A DNA stretch of 24,786 nucleotides, from assembly GCA_032123335.1 (NCBI GenBank), contig JAQBFN010000018.1, positions 1 to 24,786 on the forward strand, in the 5' to 3' direction. The notes beneath the pieces were generated by a model. The model saw only the letters and a list, made by a program, of their open reading frames with translations. It ran no database searches and was not told the origin of the DNA. Below are positions 7,206 to 15,555 of the stretch, piece after piece (position 1 is the stretch's first letter; each line of letters begins with the position of its first letter). The translations under genes were made by a program, and so were the position numbers. The DNA is from Candidatus Micrarchaeota archaeon (GTDB lineage Archaea > Micrarchaeota > Micrarchaeia > Anstonellales > Bilamarchaeaceae).

Positions 7206-10200
7206 ATGTACAGGAACTTGGTTTTTGCGGTTTTGCTTTTGCTGATTGGTGTTAACTATGCGCTCTGGATAAGCGTGAGCCCGGAATACCTGCCTGGGGA
7301 AACGATAAGCTTCAGTGTGGAGGGGGGGAAGGGAGTGCTGGTTGTGGATGTGCTGGATTCAGAGGGAGGGAATGTGTTCCATGAGGTGCGCACGGTTGAG
7401 CAGAAGGGAGATGAGGATTACTATTACTATTCTTATGAAACGTATGAGCTGGAGCTTCCTTCCGGGGATTATACTATTATTGCAAAGGATGGGATGGATG
7501 AAGAGGAAAACGCTGAGTTCAGGGTGAGCTCGGTTGGGCTTATGGTTGTTGTGGGGCCGGAAGGGAAGGGGATGTTCCTGCACAAAGAGGATGGCTCTGC
7601 GGTGGAGGGGGGGAGAATACTGCTTAGCTACAATCTGAGCGGGGAAGTTGAGGTAGTTGATACTGTTTCCGGGATTGGAGGGGTTTTCAGCTTTGGAACT
7701 GAGGGGCTGGAGAACATACGCGGGGAATATGGGGGAGAGTCTGCGGAGATTGAGATTTACCAGTACTATTACCCTGAGCCATACTGGGAGGAATATGAGA
7801 GGTATACGAGCTACGTGTTTAGTGATAAGGAGCTTTACCAGCCTGGGGAAACCGTGCACCTTTCTTCGATAATTTTCAAGCAGAATGAAACCACTTATGA
7901 AACTGTGTTGGGGAGCTTTACGGTGGAAGTGAGGGACCCGAATTACGATATGGTTTATTCCAAGCCAATGGGCTCTGTGAACTCCAGGGTGAGTGTGGAC
8001 GTTCCAATTGATGAGGAAGCTCCGCTGGGATGGTATTCAGTGAACATAAAGAAGGGGGACAATTATGCGGGGTGGTATAATTTTGAGGTGCAGGAGTACA
8101 AGAGGCCGGAAATAGCTGTGAGCCTGAAGCCAAGGGAGGAAGTATTCGTAGTGAATGAAACGATTTATGTGGACGTGAATACTGATTATTATTTTGGGGG
8201 GGCTGCGGATGCGGAAGTGAAGTTTGAGATTTACAGGAGCCCGCATTATGTTCCATATTACAGTGCGTACTATTGCATCTGCCCGTGGTGGAGCGAGGAG
8301 CTCGTTGCGGAGGGGCTTGTGTATTCAAAGAATGGGGTTGGGACGATTGAGTGGAACGGGACAAATGTAACCGGGGATTATAGGGTTGAGGTTTCGGTTA
8401 CGGATGAAAGCGAAATTGTGAGTGAGGCGGAAACGACTGTTTCTGTGCTGGAAGAGATTAACCTGGATGTGCTGGTTCCGGATATGGAGGCGAACAAAAG
8501 CGGGACGATTACTGTTCTTGCTTATGATGAGCATGATGAGGCTCTTGAAGTGGACGGGAGCGTGAAGATTTACATGGGGGAGGATTACTATTATTATGTA
8601 GATTATGAGCAGAAGGAAAATGAGAGCGCTGAACCTGTATTTGAGGCGGAATTTTCAACTGTAGAGGGGGCTTACAGCTTTGAGTTTACCCCTGCGGAGT
8701 ACGGGAGCTACTATATTGTGGTGGAAGCGGATGGGGCAGGCACAAAGCAATATTTCTATGTGTCTGAGTGGAGCTGGTGGAACTGGAACTACCTGGATGT
8801 GCAATTGGACAAAACCGAGTATTCTGAGGGGGAGGGGATTGAGGCTAAGGTAACTTCCCCGGTTGCGGGAAAGCTGATTGTGGTTTCCATGGGGAGTGGG
8901 CCTTTGATTGAGTTCTTTGAGGTAAAGGCGGGGATTAATTCAATCCTGCTGGAGGCTGAGGAAACGAGCAGCCTGCAACTGTATGTGATTGAGGATGGGA
9001 GCAAGTACGGGGGATATGGGAGCTATATGGTGAGGGGGGAGGACTGGATTCAGATTGAGATAGACCATGAATCTGTTTATGGGCCAAGGGATATTGCGAG
9101 GCTTGTGATTAATGCGGAAAGGCGTGGTTCTAGAAGCAATGCTGCTGCATCAATTGCGGTTGTGGACCAGGCGATTATTGATTTGTCCGGGGCGGAGTGG
9201 AATGATGTTTACAAGTATTTCTACGGGTATCCGCAGGAGAGCTACCAGGTGAGGTTCAGCTGGGAGGATACGTACTACTGGAGGGGGGGAATGATGGATG
9301 GTGGGCTTGTGTATGCTGAGGCAGGGATGCCTGTGCCCTCGGCCGAGGAAATGGGCAACGGGGAAAAAACAAAAGAAGAGATTGAGGTGAGGGAGAAATT
9401 CATAGAGACTGCGCTGTGGATTCCGTACATTATTCTGGAAAATGGGAAAAAGGAAGTGCTGTGGCATATTCCGGATACGCTTACTACCTGGAACATTACA
9501 GTGGTTGCGAATGAAGGGACCAATGTGGGGATAGGAAGCAGCTCTGTGCTGGTAACCAAGGATGTGATTGGGGGGATGAGCCCTCCTGCAGGGTTGGTTG
9601 TGGATGATGCTGCAGCAATCCCTGTGAGCATATTCAATTATGGGGAGGAGAGGGAAACCTTCAAGGTTACGCTGGAAAGCAGCGAGAACATCTGGGTGCT
9701 GGGGAGCCCGATTAGGTATGTTAGTTTGGAAAGCGGGGAATCATATGCGATGTATATTCCTGTGAAAGCGATTGAGCGGGGGGAAGGGGAGCTTACGCTT
9801 TGGGTTGAAGGGGGGGAGGGGGATGCTGTGAAGCTTCCTTTGGAAGTGAAAGCCCTTGGGGTTGAGATTACCCATGGGGAATCCGGGGTTATTGAGAGTG
9901 ATTCTGGGGAATTTGATTATGAGAGCCCGGAGGATGCGGAAGTAACGCTTGCGTTGCATTCCTCGATTCTTTCTTCTGCGTTTGAGAGCATGGATTATCT
10001 CGTGACCTATCCGTATGGGTGTATAGAGCAGACGATGAGCGGGTTCCTTCCAGATGTTGTGCTTGTGTATACGCTGCAGGAACTGGATATGGAATATACG
10101 GGAGAGGAAAACCTGACTGAGCTTATTGAAGATGGGTTGGAAAGGATTTACCAGCACCAGAATTCGGATGGGAGCTGGGGTTGGTTTACTGGGAAGGATG

Positions 10201-11552
10201 ATAGGATTACTGCATATGTAATGGATGGGCTTACTATTGCAAAAAGGGCGGGGGTTGAAGTTGAGGATGGGGTTTATGAGTCTGGGCTTGGGGCGCTTAA
10301 GGGCGCGGAGAGCTCATATGCATTGTTTGTGCTGAACAGGATTGATTCTTCTCTTGTGAGAGAATATGGGGATGATTCGTTTGGGGCGCTTACGGAATGT
10401 GATGATGGGAAGTGTGGAAGACTGGTTTCGATGCTTGAGTGTGCGGGAGGGTACTGCAGCCTTGAGTATGATGCGGAGAGGAGCTGGTACCACAGTGAGA
10501 CTGAGCTTACTTCTTATGCTGTTGAAACCTTAGTGAAGAATGGGGATATGGAAAATGCGCAGAAATGCGTGAACTGGCTTATGGTACATAAAACGGGAAA
10601 GTACTGGAGGAGTACTAAGGATACTGCGCGAACCGTGCTGGCGCTTACTGGGTATGCGAAAGCGACTGGGGAATTGAGATCGGATTATGTTGCTACTGTT
10701 TATGTGGACGGGGGGCAAGTGTACGAAGAGAGGATGGGGTACAAGAATGTGGGGAGCGAGGAGATAGAGCTTCCTGCAGGAAAGCATGATGTGAGAATTG
10801 AGAGGGATGGATTCGGGCCTTTGTACTATACGGTTACGCAGGTTTACTGGAGTGAGGAGATTCCTGAGGGGGAGATTAAGGTTGTGAGGGAGTTCGGGCA
10901 GACCGTTGCGAAAGTTGGAGATGAGATTGAGGTAACGCTTACTGTGAACGGGAGCGGGGAGTATGTGGCGATTGAGGACCCGATTCCAATGGGAACGGAA
11001 ATCGTGCAGGAAGGGGACAGGTACTGGTGGTATTATGGGGGGTACAGGATGGAGGCAAGGCAGGATAAAGCTGTGTTCTTCTTTGATAGGCTGGAGGATA
11101 CGGAGATTACCTATAAGCTGAGGGTTACGCATAAAGGGGACTTTACGGCGCTTCCTACGCATGCGTACAACATGTACGCTCCGGAAGTTGGGGGGTATTC
11201 GGACTTTGAGCACTTTACATTCTATGAAAAAGCGTATGTGGAGCCGTATGTAACGGAATACAATACTACGCTGAAGGTGTGGTGGGATGGGCCTGAGCCT
11301 GCACTGCTAAGGGTTACTGTGGATGGGGCGGAGAGTGAATACACGGTGCAGCCCGGGGAAAATGAGATTGTTGTTGGGCCGGGAAAGGTTTCCTATTCCT
11401 TTGAATCAGATGAGGAGTACTTTGAGGGGGATGTTGGGGAAAACGAGGAAACTCCAGAAGAAGAGCCGGAAGGGGGCATGGGGGACCCGCTTGTCTTGGC
11501 CGGAGTGATTGTAGTGGTAGCGGCTGCGATGATTTACTTCTGGAAGAAGTAG
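7206..11552 (+). CDS. Alpha-2-macroglobulin family protein, secreted and C-terminally membrane anchored
   Basis: Signal peptide MYRNLVFAVLLLLIGVNYA; MG2 motif SDKELYQPGETV; FEVQEYKRP; VREKFIETALW; PDTLTTW; thioester motif YPYGCIEQ; QNSDGSWGWF; receptor-binding-like IEDPIPMG...AYNMYAPE; C-terminal TM plus WKK. TTTAAA at 7177-7182 supports ATG 7206. Confidence 0.93.
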   Translation: MYRNLVFAVLLLLIGVNYALWISVSPEYLPGETISFSVEGGKGVLVVDVLDSEGGNVFHEVRTVEQKGDEDYYYYSYETYELELPSGDYTIIAKDGMDEEENAEFRVSSVGLMVVVGPEGKGMFLHKEDGSAVEGGRILLSYNLSGEVEVVDTVSGIGGVFSFGTEGLENIRGEYGGESAEIEIYQYYYPEPYWEEYERYTSYVFSDKELYQPGETVHLSSIIFKQNETTYETVLGSFTVEVRDPNYDMVYSKPMGSVNSRVSVDVPIDEEAPLGWYSVNIKKGDNYAGWYNFEVQEYKRPEIAVSLKPREEVFVVNETIYVDVNTDYYFGGAADAEVKFEIYRSPHYVPYYSAYYCICPWWSEELVAEGLVYSKNGVGTIEWNGTNVTGDYRVEVSVTDESEIVSEAETTVSVLEEINLDVLVPDMEANKSGTITVLAYDEHDEALEVDGSVKIYMGEDYYYYVDYEQKENESAEPVFEAEFSTVEGAYSFEFTPAEYGSYYIVVEADGAGTKQYFYVSEWSWWNWNYLDVQLDKTEYSEGEGIEAKVTSPVAGKLIVVSMGSGPLIEFFEVKAGINSILLEAEETSSLQLYVIEDGSKYGGYGSYMVRGEDWIQIEIDHESVYGPRDIARLVINAERRGSRSNAAASIAVVDQAIIDLSGAEWNDVYKYFYGYPQESYQVRFSWEDTYYWRGGMMDGGLVYAEAGMPVPSAEEMGNGEKTKEEIEVREKFIETALWIPYIILENGKKEVLWHIPDTLTTWNITVVANEGTNVGIGSSSVLVTKDVIGGMSPPAGLVVDDAAAIPVSIFNYGEERETFKVTLESSENIWVLGSPIRYVSLESGESYAMYIPVKAIERGEGELTLWVEGGEGDAVKLPLEVKALGVEITHGESGVIESDSGEFDYESPEDAEVTLALHSSILSSAFESMDYLVTYPYGCIEQTMSGFLPDVVLVYTLQELDMEYTGEENLTELIEDGLERIYQHQNSDGSWGWFTGKDDRITAYVMDGLTIAKRAGVEVEDGVYESGLGALKGAESSYALFVLNRIDSSLVREYGDDSFGALTECDDGKCGRLVSMLECAGGYCSLEYDAERSWYHSETELTSYAVETLVKNGDMENAQKCVNWLMVHKTGKYWRSTKDTARTVLALTGYAKATGELRSDYVATVYVDGGQVYEERMGYKNVGSEEIELPAGKHDVRIERDGFGPLYYTVTQVYWSEEIPEGEIKVVREFGQTVAKVGDEIEVTLTVNGSGEYVAIEDPIPMGTEIVQEGDRYWWYYGGYRMEARQDKAVFFFDRLEDTEITYKLRVTHKGDFTALPTHAYNMYAPEVGGYSDFEHFTFYEKAYVEPYVTEYNTTLKVWWDGPEPALLRVTVDGAESEYTVQPGENEIVVGPGKVSYSFESDEEYFEGDVGENEETPEEEPEGGMGDPLVLAGVIVVVAAAMIYFWKK

Positions 11553-11553
11553 C

Positions 11554-12246
11554 TCAATTAACCGCGAATTTTATTTTTTTCCTGCTTTTGATAAGGGTTA
11601 TTTTTTCCCCTTTCTTTATTTTCAGGGGCTTTCCGCCATCCACGATGAAGTGCGCGGGGTGGTAGGGAGTAAGCACGAGCTTGTGGGAAGCGGAAACTAC
11701 AACCGGGTCGAAGAGGCGCTTATCCGGGGCAACCGGGACTATGTTGAATACTTCCAAAGTTGGCTCTATTATTGAGCCCCCTGCTGCATATGCATAGGCT
11801 GTGGAACCGGTGGGGGTGGAAACAACAATTCCATCCGCATCAAAGCAGTATTCATCCCCTCCTATATCTATGGAAATAGTGAGCATTTCGTGGTGTTGGG
11901 AAAGGAGTGCAATGTCGTTTATTGCAGTGTGTTTTTTGTTGCGGTGCTTTACTTCAATGAGCATCCTTTCCTCATAATTGGGTTTGGAAAGGAACCTGGA
12001 AAGGCCGTCCTTCCAGTTCTCAGCAAGGCACTGGCAGACAAAGCTCTTCTTGCTGCCTATTGCGAATACAGGCCCTTCGAGCTTTTCCTTGTTGTAGAGG
12101 ATTGTTCCATCTCCTCCGATTACGATTGTGAAATCGGATTTTCTGTTTACTAGTTTTACTCCTTTTAGTTTGAGGAAGGATTTTACTTCGCCTGCGGTTT
12201 TTGCTGCCCATTTTTTAGTAGTGTTCCAGAGTATTTTTGCTTTCAT
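11554..12246 (-). CDS. nadK: NAD(+) kinase
   Basis: IGGDGTIL, AIND and ADGIVVSTPTGSTAYAYAAGG motifs. Confidence 0.93.
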   Translation of the reverse strand: MKAKILWNTTKKWAAKTAGEVKSFLKLKGVKLVNRKSDFTIVIGGDGTILYNKEKLEGPVFAIGSKKSFVCQCLAENWKDGLSRFLSKPNYEERMLIEVKHRNKKHTAINDIALLSQHHEMLTISIDIGGDEYCFDADGIVVSTPTGSTAYAYAAGGSIIEPTLEVFNIVPVAPDKRLFDPVVVSASHKLVLTPYHPAHFIVDGGKPLKIKKGEKITLIKSRKKIKFAVN

Positions 12247-12291
12247 TAAATCACCGTGACTTGAACAATGGGGGAAATAATCATTAAAAGG

Positions 12292-12831
12292 CTATATCTT
12301 GGAAAGGATGGGATGGTTCTTGAACTTCTTTGTAAAGGGCTTTATGTATTTGAGGAAGTTTTTGGGGCGGGTGAAGTAGACGAGCTTGTTTTTTCTTATG
12401 GGCTTGAATCCTAGCCTGTAGAGGAGCATTTGGTCTTTTTGGGTGCATCTGGAGAGGTGAACTTTGCCGTCTTCGGGTATGGCACCTACTGCATCGAAAA
12501 TCCCTGCGAGGAAATTTGCGCTGTATTCGTTTTTGTACTGGAACCTTTCCAGCTCGTCATCGATTACTTTCTGGAAGAATTTCCTGTATGAGGTATGGTA
12601 GAAATAGACTGAACCCTTTTCCTGGGCCAGTTCATTTTCAAGGTCTTCCTCCGGTTCTTCCTGCCTGGTGGTGAGGAGCTTTGTGGACTCGGTGAGCTCG
12701 GATTCAAGGACGGCTTTTGTGAATAGGGAGAGGCGCTCTTCAGTTCCATGCACACCTATCCCTTCCTTTGTGCGGACTTCTTTCCATAATCCTATGATGT
12801 AGGAGAGTTCGGGGGTGAGCTTCATCTTCAT
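12292..12831 (-). CDS. Stand-alone LAGLIDADG-like protein with degenerate motifs
   Basis: Two LAGLIDADG-like helices: LTPELSYIIGLWKE and ANFLAGIFDAVGAI, followed by LLYRLGFK. Confidence 0.6.
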   Translation of the reverse strand: MKMKLTPELSYIIGLWKEVRTKEGIGVHGTEERLSLFTKAVLESELTESTKLLTTRQEEPEEDLENELAQEKGSVYFYHTSYRKFFQKVIDDELERFQYKNEYSANFLAGIFDAVGAIPEDGKVHLSRCTQKDQMLLYRLGFKPIRKNKLVYFTRPKNFLKYIKPFTKKFKNHPILSKI

Positions 12832-12837
12832 GGGTTT

Positions 12838-13350
12838 TCACGCTCTGCGGCTTTTCTGCTGCTCGGTTTTCTTTTCCGGGAGGGAGATTGTTTTTGTTTT
12901 TATCTTCCTCTCGGGAACGAATTCGAATTTCTTCTCTTTGTCCCTGTGGATTGATTCAGTGATATGGGAGATCAAGAGCTCGTCATTGTCTGTTTCGACG
13001 TTGTGCGTGAATTTGGCTTCTGCCTTTTTGGGCAGGTTGGCGCGCTCAAAAATAACTGCAAGCTCGGTCTTTTCAGCGGCTGTAAATGGCTTCTGCCCAT
13101 CCAGGATTCGGTCGTTGGCGACCTCCAGGATGCTGGAAAGGCGGTCGATGTCCCTCTTAGTGGAGCCTCCCGCCTTCAGTGCGGAAAGCAGGCCTGCGGC
13201 AAGGATTGTGTTCCTCTTTTTCACCCGGGTGAATAGCCGGCTCAGGATTCCGAGTTCCTTTGTGCTAAGCTTTCCCTTTACTGCAGCAAGAACCTTCTTG
13301 CTGAAATTGGAAAAATCTACCAACGCCATGAGTGGGTTTCGGCTTTCCAT
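12838..13350 (-). CDS. Hypothetical protein, basic and helical
   Basis: 170-aa ORF co-oriented with the downstream genes. No recognised motif; start uncertain (13350 or 13329). Confidence 0.6.
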   Translation of the reverse strand: MESRNPLMALVDFSNFSKKVLAAVKGKLSTKELGILSRLFTRVKKRNTILAAGLLSALKAGGSTKRDIDRLSSILEVANDRILDGQKPFTAAEKTELAVIFERANLPKKAEAKFTHNVETDNDELLISHITESIHRDKEKKFEFVPERKIKTKTISLPEKKTEQQKSRRA

Positions 13351-13389
13351 ATTTTTAAAGGTTGCTAGTGCAGGAGGAACTGGGCACGC

Positions 13390-13396
13390 TTTAAAA
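13390..13396 (+). promoter_or_regulatory. Putative TATA box for the tRNA gene
   Basis: TTTAAAA about 35-40 nt upstream of the mature tRNA 5' end. Confidence 0.5.
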
Positions 13397-13429
13397 AGGA
13401 TTTGGGCACTAAAGTGGAATAGCTATTCT

Positions 13430-13534
13430 GGGCCCATAGCTCAGGCTGGTTAGAGCGACGGTCTTATATGGCCACCTCTAATACATTTGGTCTAAGACAG
13501 CCGTAGGTCAGGGGTTCAAATCCCCTTGGGCCCA
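13430..13534 (+). tRNA. tRNA-Ile(UAU) with a 30-nt intron at 37/38 (13469-13498)
   Basis: Acceptor GGGCCCA/TGGGCCC plus A73; D stem GCTC/GAGC; anticodon stem ACGGT/GCCGT; loop CT-TAT-A; T arm AGGGG-TTCAAAT-CCCCT. BHB: central helix CTTA/TAAG, two 3-nt bulges, outer helix GGCCA/TGGTC. CCA not encoded. Confidence 0.93.
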
Positions 13535-13539
13535 CTCAA

Positions 13540-13551
13540 TTTTTTTATTTT
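13540..13551 (+). terminator. Oligo-T terminator downstream of the tRNA
   Basis: TTTTTTTATTTT immediately after the tRNA, typical of archaeal termination. Confidence 0.5.
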
Positions 13552-13590
13552 GGTTCTCCGTTTCGGGTTTCCTGTTTTCGGTATTTACTT
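13549..13590. repeat. Degenerate 7-bp tandem repeat (about 6 units)
   Basis: TTTGGTT CTCCGTT TCGGGTT TCCTGTT TTCGGTA TTTACTT. Confidence 0.4.
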
Positions 13591-13640
13591 CTGCAAAATT
13601 AGGATTAAAACTAGAAATGAAAAAGATAAAAAAGTAAGGA

Positions 13641-14483
13641 TTACTGCTCTTTGAGCGCATTAAGCACGTTGAGGGCAACCTCGAGCTGCTGTGGGGTGCC
13701 TTCCACGACAAGCTTCCCTCCTTCTTGGGAGATGCTCAGTTGCCTGAGACCCTCAATTTTTGCAGCGTCCCCTTCTGGGACTTCAACTGCCACCCCGCGA
13801 CTGTTGGACGGCCCATAATCCGCAACGACGTACTGCCTGCCGTCGTCGTCGTAGTTGTAATCGCCGCGGACCGGAAGGCCAACATATGAAGAATTCCTCC
13901 TCCGAAGAAATCTAGCTTCCTCAGAATAGCCAACCAGTGTGCCATTTGGAATTCCTGTCTCTTCATGCGGCATATACCAACCGTCTTCAGAAGGAAAATT
14001 TTGAACTATTACTAACCTGGTATCAGGAACAGCGATTACTATGTCTTTTCCGTCTTTTTGGATATCATCAGCAGTCAATTCAGGAACTACGAGTGCGATT
14101 CCTTTTTCGCCTTTGTATTTTCCAGTGGAAAGGATTACCCTGGGCTCGCCTTCTTCAGCGAAAACTATCTGGTCTCCCAGCTTAGTGCCGGGTTTTTCAT
14201 ATGTCAGCCCTTCCCCAGCGGGGCAAGGGAAAACTTCACGGATTTCCCTCCGGTTATCGGTCTTAGTGAGTAGATGATTCAAGGCCCTGTGGCTGATAAG
14301 CCTAAGGTTGGTTCCATATTCTGCATTTACAGCTTTTACTGCTCCGGGGGCTTCTAAAAGTGGGATTCTTTCCCTGTCATTGAATTTCCTTAATACTCCT
14401 ACAGTAATTGGTTTGCCATTAAGCTCAAACCTGGTTGTTTTCATGTGTAGCTTCCTTGCTGCTTGTGCCATGTTTTTCACCAT
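13641..14483 (-). CDS. Putative DGR target protein (CLec-fold-like C-terminal variable region)
   Basis: VGLPVRGDYNYDDDGRQYVVADYGPSNSRGVAV is encoded by a run of NNC/NNT codons and followed by a GTCCC-AGAAG-GGGAC hairpin. Alternative start at 14471 with a GGTGA RBS. Confidence 0.6.
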   Translation of the reverse strand: MVKNMAQAARKLHMKTTRFELNGKPITVGVLRKFNDRERIPLLEAPGAVKAVNAEYGTNLRLISHRALNHLLTKTDNRREIREVFPCPAGEGLTYEKPGTKLGDQIVFAEEGEPRVILSTGKYKGEKGIALVVPELTADDIQKDGKDIVIAVPDTRLVIVQNFPSEDGWYMPHEETGIPNGTLVGYSEEARFLRRRNSSYVGLPVRGDYNYDDDGRQYVVADYGPSNSRGVAVEVPEGDAAKIEGLRQLSISQEGGKLVVEGTPQQLEVALNVLNALKEQ

Positions 14484-14580
14484 TATTGGTTATTATTTGT
14501 GGTTAGTAATGTTTAAATAAATATGGGTCGGGGAAATGCACGTGAAATCGGCAACCTTGAGGACAAACCGCAGAAAGGTA

Positions 14581-14627
14581 TTTATAGGTTTGTTCATAAT
14601 ATTGAACTTATGTTCAAAAAATTGAAC
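14581..14627 (+). promoter_or_regulatory. TATA box plus two palindromic operator sites overlapping the MNT start
   Basis: TTTATA at 14581-14586. GTTCA-N6-TGAAC at 14592-14607 and again at 14612-14627, exactly 20 bp apart. Confidence 0.75.
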
Positions 14628-15140
14628 TTGTTTTCAAAAACGGAGATGAAACTGCTGGTTTTTATCTCGGAAAAGGAGGGGGAGCTATACGAGCGGCAGA
14701 TTGCGGTGGAAGCAAACGTAAGCGTGGGCTCGGTAAATTCAATCATGAAGAAATTCGGGAAAATGGGCTTGGTCGAGGGGAGCAGGAAGGGGAGGATGCT
14801 GTTCTACAGGCCCGATGGGAAGAGCCCGCTCCTGCGGCAGTTCAAAATATTCATAACAATAAACGGAATTATGCCAGCGATAGAAAAGATTATTCCGCAC
14901 AGCAGGAGGATTATCCTTTTCGGAAGCTGTGCAGAAGGAAGGAACACGGAACAGAGTGATATAGACCTCTTCGTGCTCAGCAGGGAAAAGGAAAAAATAC
15001 GGAGAATTATGGATAAACTTCCCAAAATGCAGGCAATCCTGCTGGATTCAGTGGAATATGCAAACCTCCAGCAAAAAGACAAGCCGCTGTACGAAAGAAT
15101 TCAACGAGGGCTAGAACTTTATGGTGAGGAAGATGGATGA
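14610..15140 (+). CDS. wHTH-fused minimal nucleotidyltransferase (MNT antitoxin)
   Basis: N-terminal wHTH (YERQIAVEANVSVGSVNSIMKKF...GRMLFY) and pol-beta motif ILFGSCAEG...SDIDLFV. ATG 14610 fits a leaderless start. Confidence 0.88.
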   Translation: MFKKLNLFSKTEMKLLVFISEKEGELYERQIAVEANVSVGSVNSIMKKFGKMGLVEGSRKGRMLFYRPDGKSPLLRQFKIFITINGIMPAIEKIIPHSRRIILFGSCAEGRNTEQSDIDLFVLSREKEKIRRIMDKLPKMQAILLDSVEYANLQQKDKPLYERIQRGLELYGEEDG

Positions 15141-15555
15141 ACGGTTTAAACGATGCATAAGGGAGAAGGGGCTGGCAAAAGAGCCAGTGGCGAAGGACCT
15201 CATTGACAAGGAGTTGGGAGAGGCAGAAAGCGACTTGGGGCGGGCGCGGAACTCTGCTTCAGAAGATGATTTCAAGTGGGCGACTGTACAGGCCTACTAT
15301 TCAATGTTCCATACTGCAAAGGCCCTTGTGCTGAGCAAAGGCTACCGGGAGAAAAGCCATCTGTGCCTGTCGGTTGCGCTGAAAAACTTGTTTATAGATT
15401 CGGGAATCATTGGAAGGAAGCACTATGAGCGGTTCCGGGATACCATGGGCCTGCGGAAGGACGCAGACTACGGGCTGATATATTCAGAAAGCTCGGCAAA
15501 GGCATCCATTGAATGGGCACAGGAATTCCTGGAGGATGCCCGGGATTTTCTCTGA
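15133..15555 (+). CDS. HEPN domain protein (MNT-HEPN toxin partner)
   Basis: AYYSMFHTAKALV...KSH...RKDADY (R-x4-Y variant motif). Overlaps the MNT stop; GGTGAGG RBS upstream. Confidence 0.88.
   Translation: MDERFKRCIREKGLAKEPVAKDLIDKELGEAESDLGRARNSASEDDFKWATVQAYYSMFHTAKALVLSKGYREKSHLCLSVALKNLFIDSGIIGRKHYERFRDTMGLRKDADYGLIYSESSAKASIEWAQEFLEDARDFL

Noticed and set aside
13417..13428. Perfect 12-bp palindrome GAATAGCTATTC just upstream of the tRNA
   Set aside because: A single short palindrome can occur by chance in 25 kb; no supporting second site.
13508..13711. 67-aa minus-strand ORF ending WAQGDLNP
   Set aside because: Antisense read-through of the tRNA T arm and the heptamer repeat; a typical spurious call.
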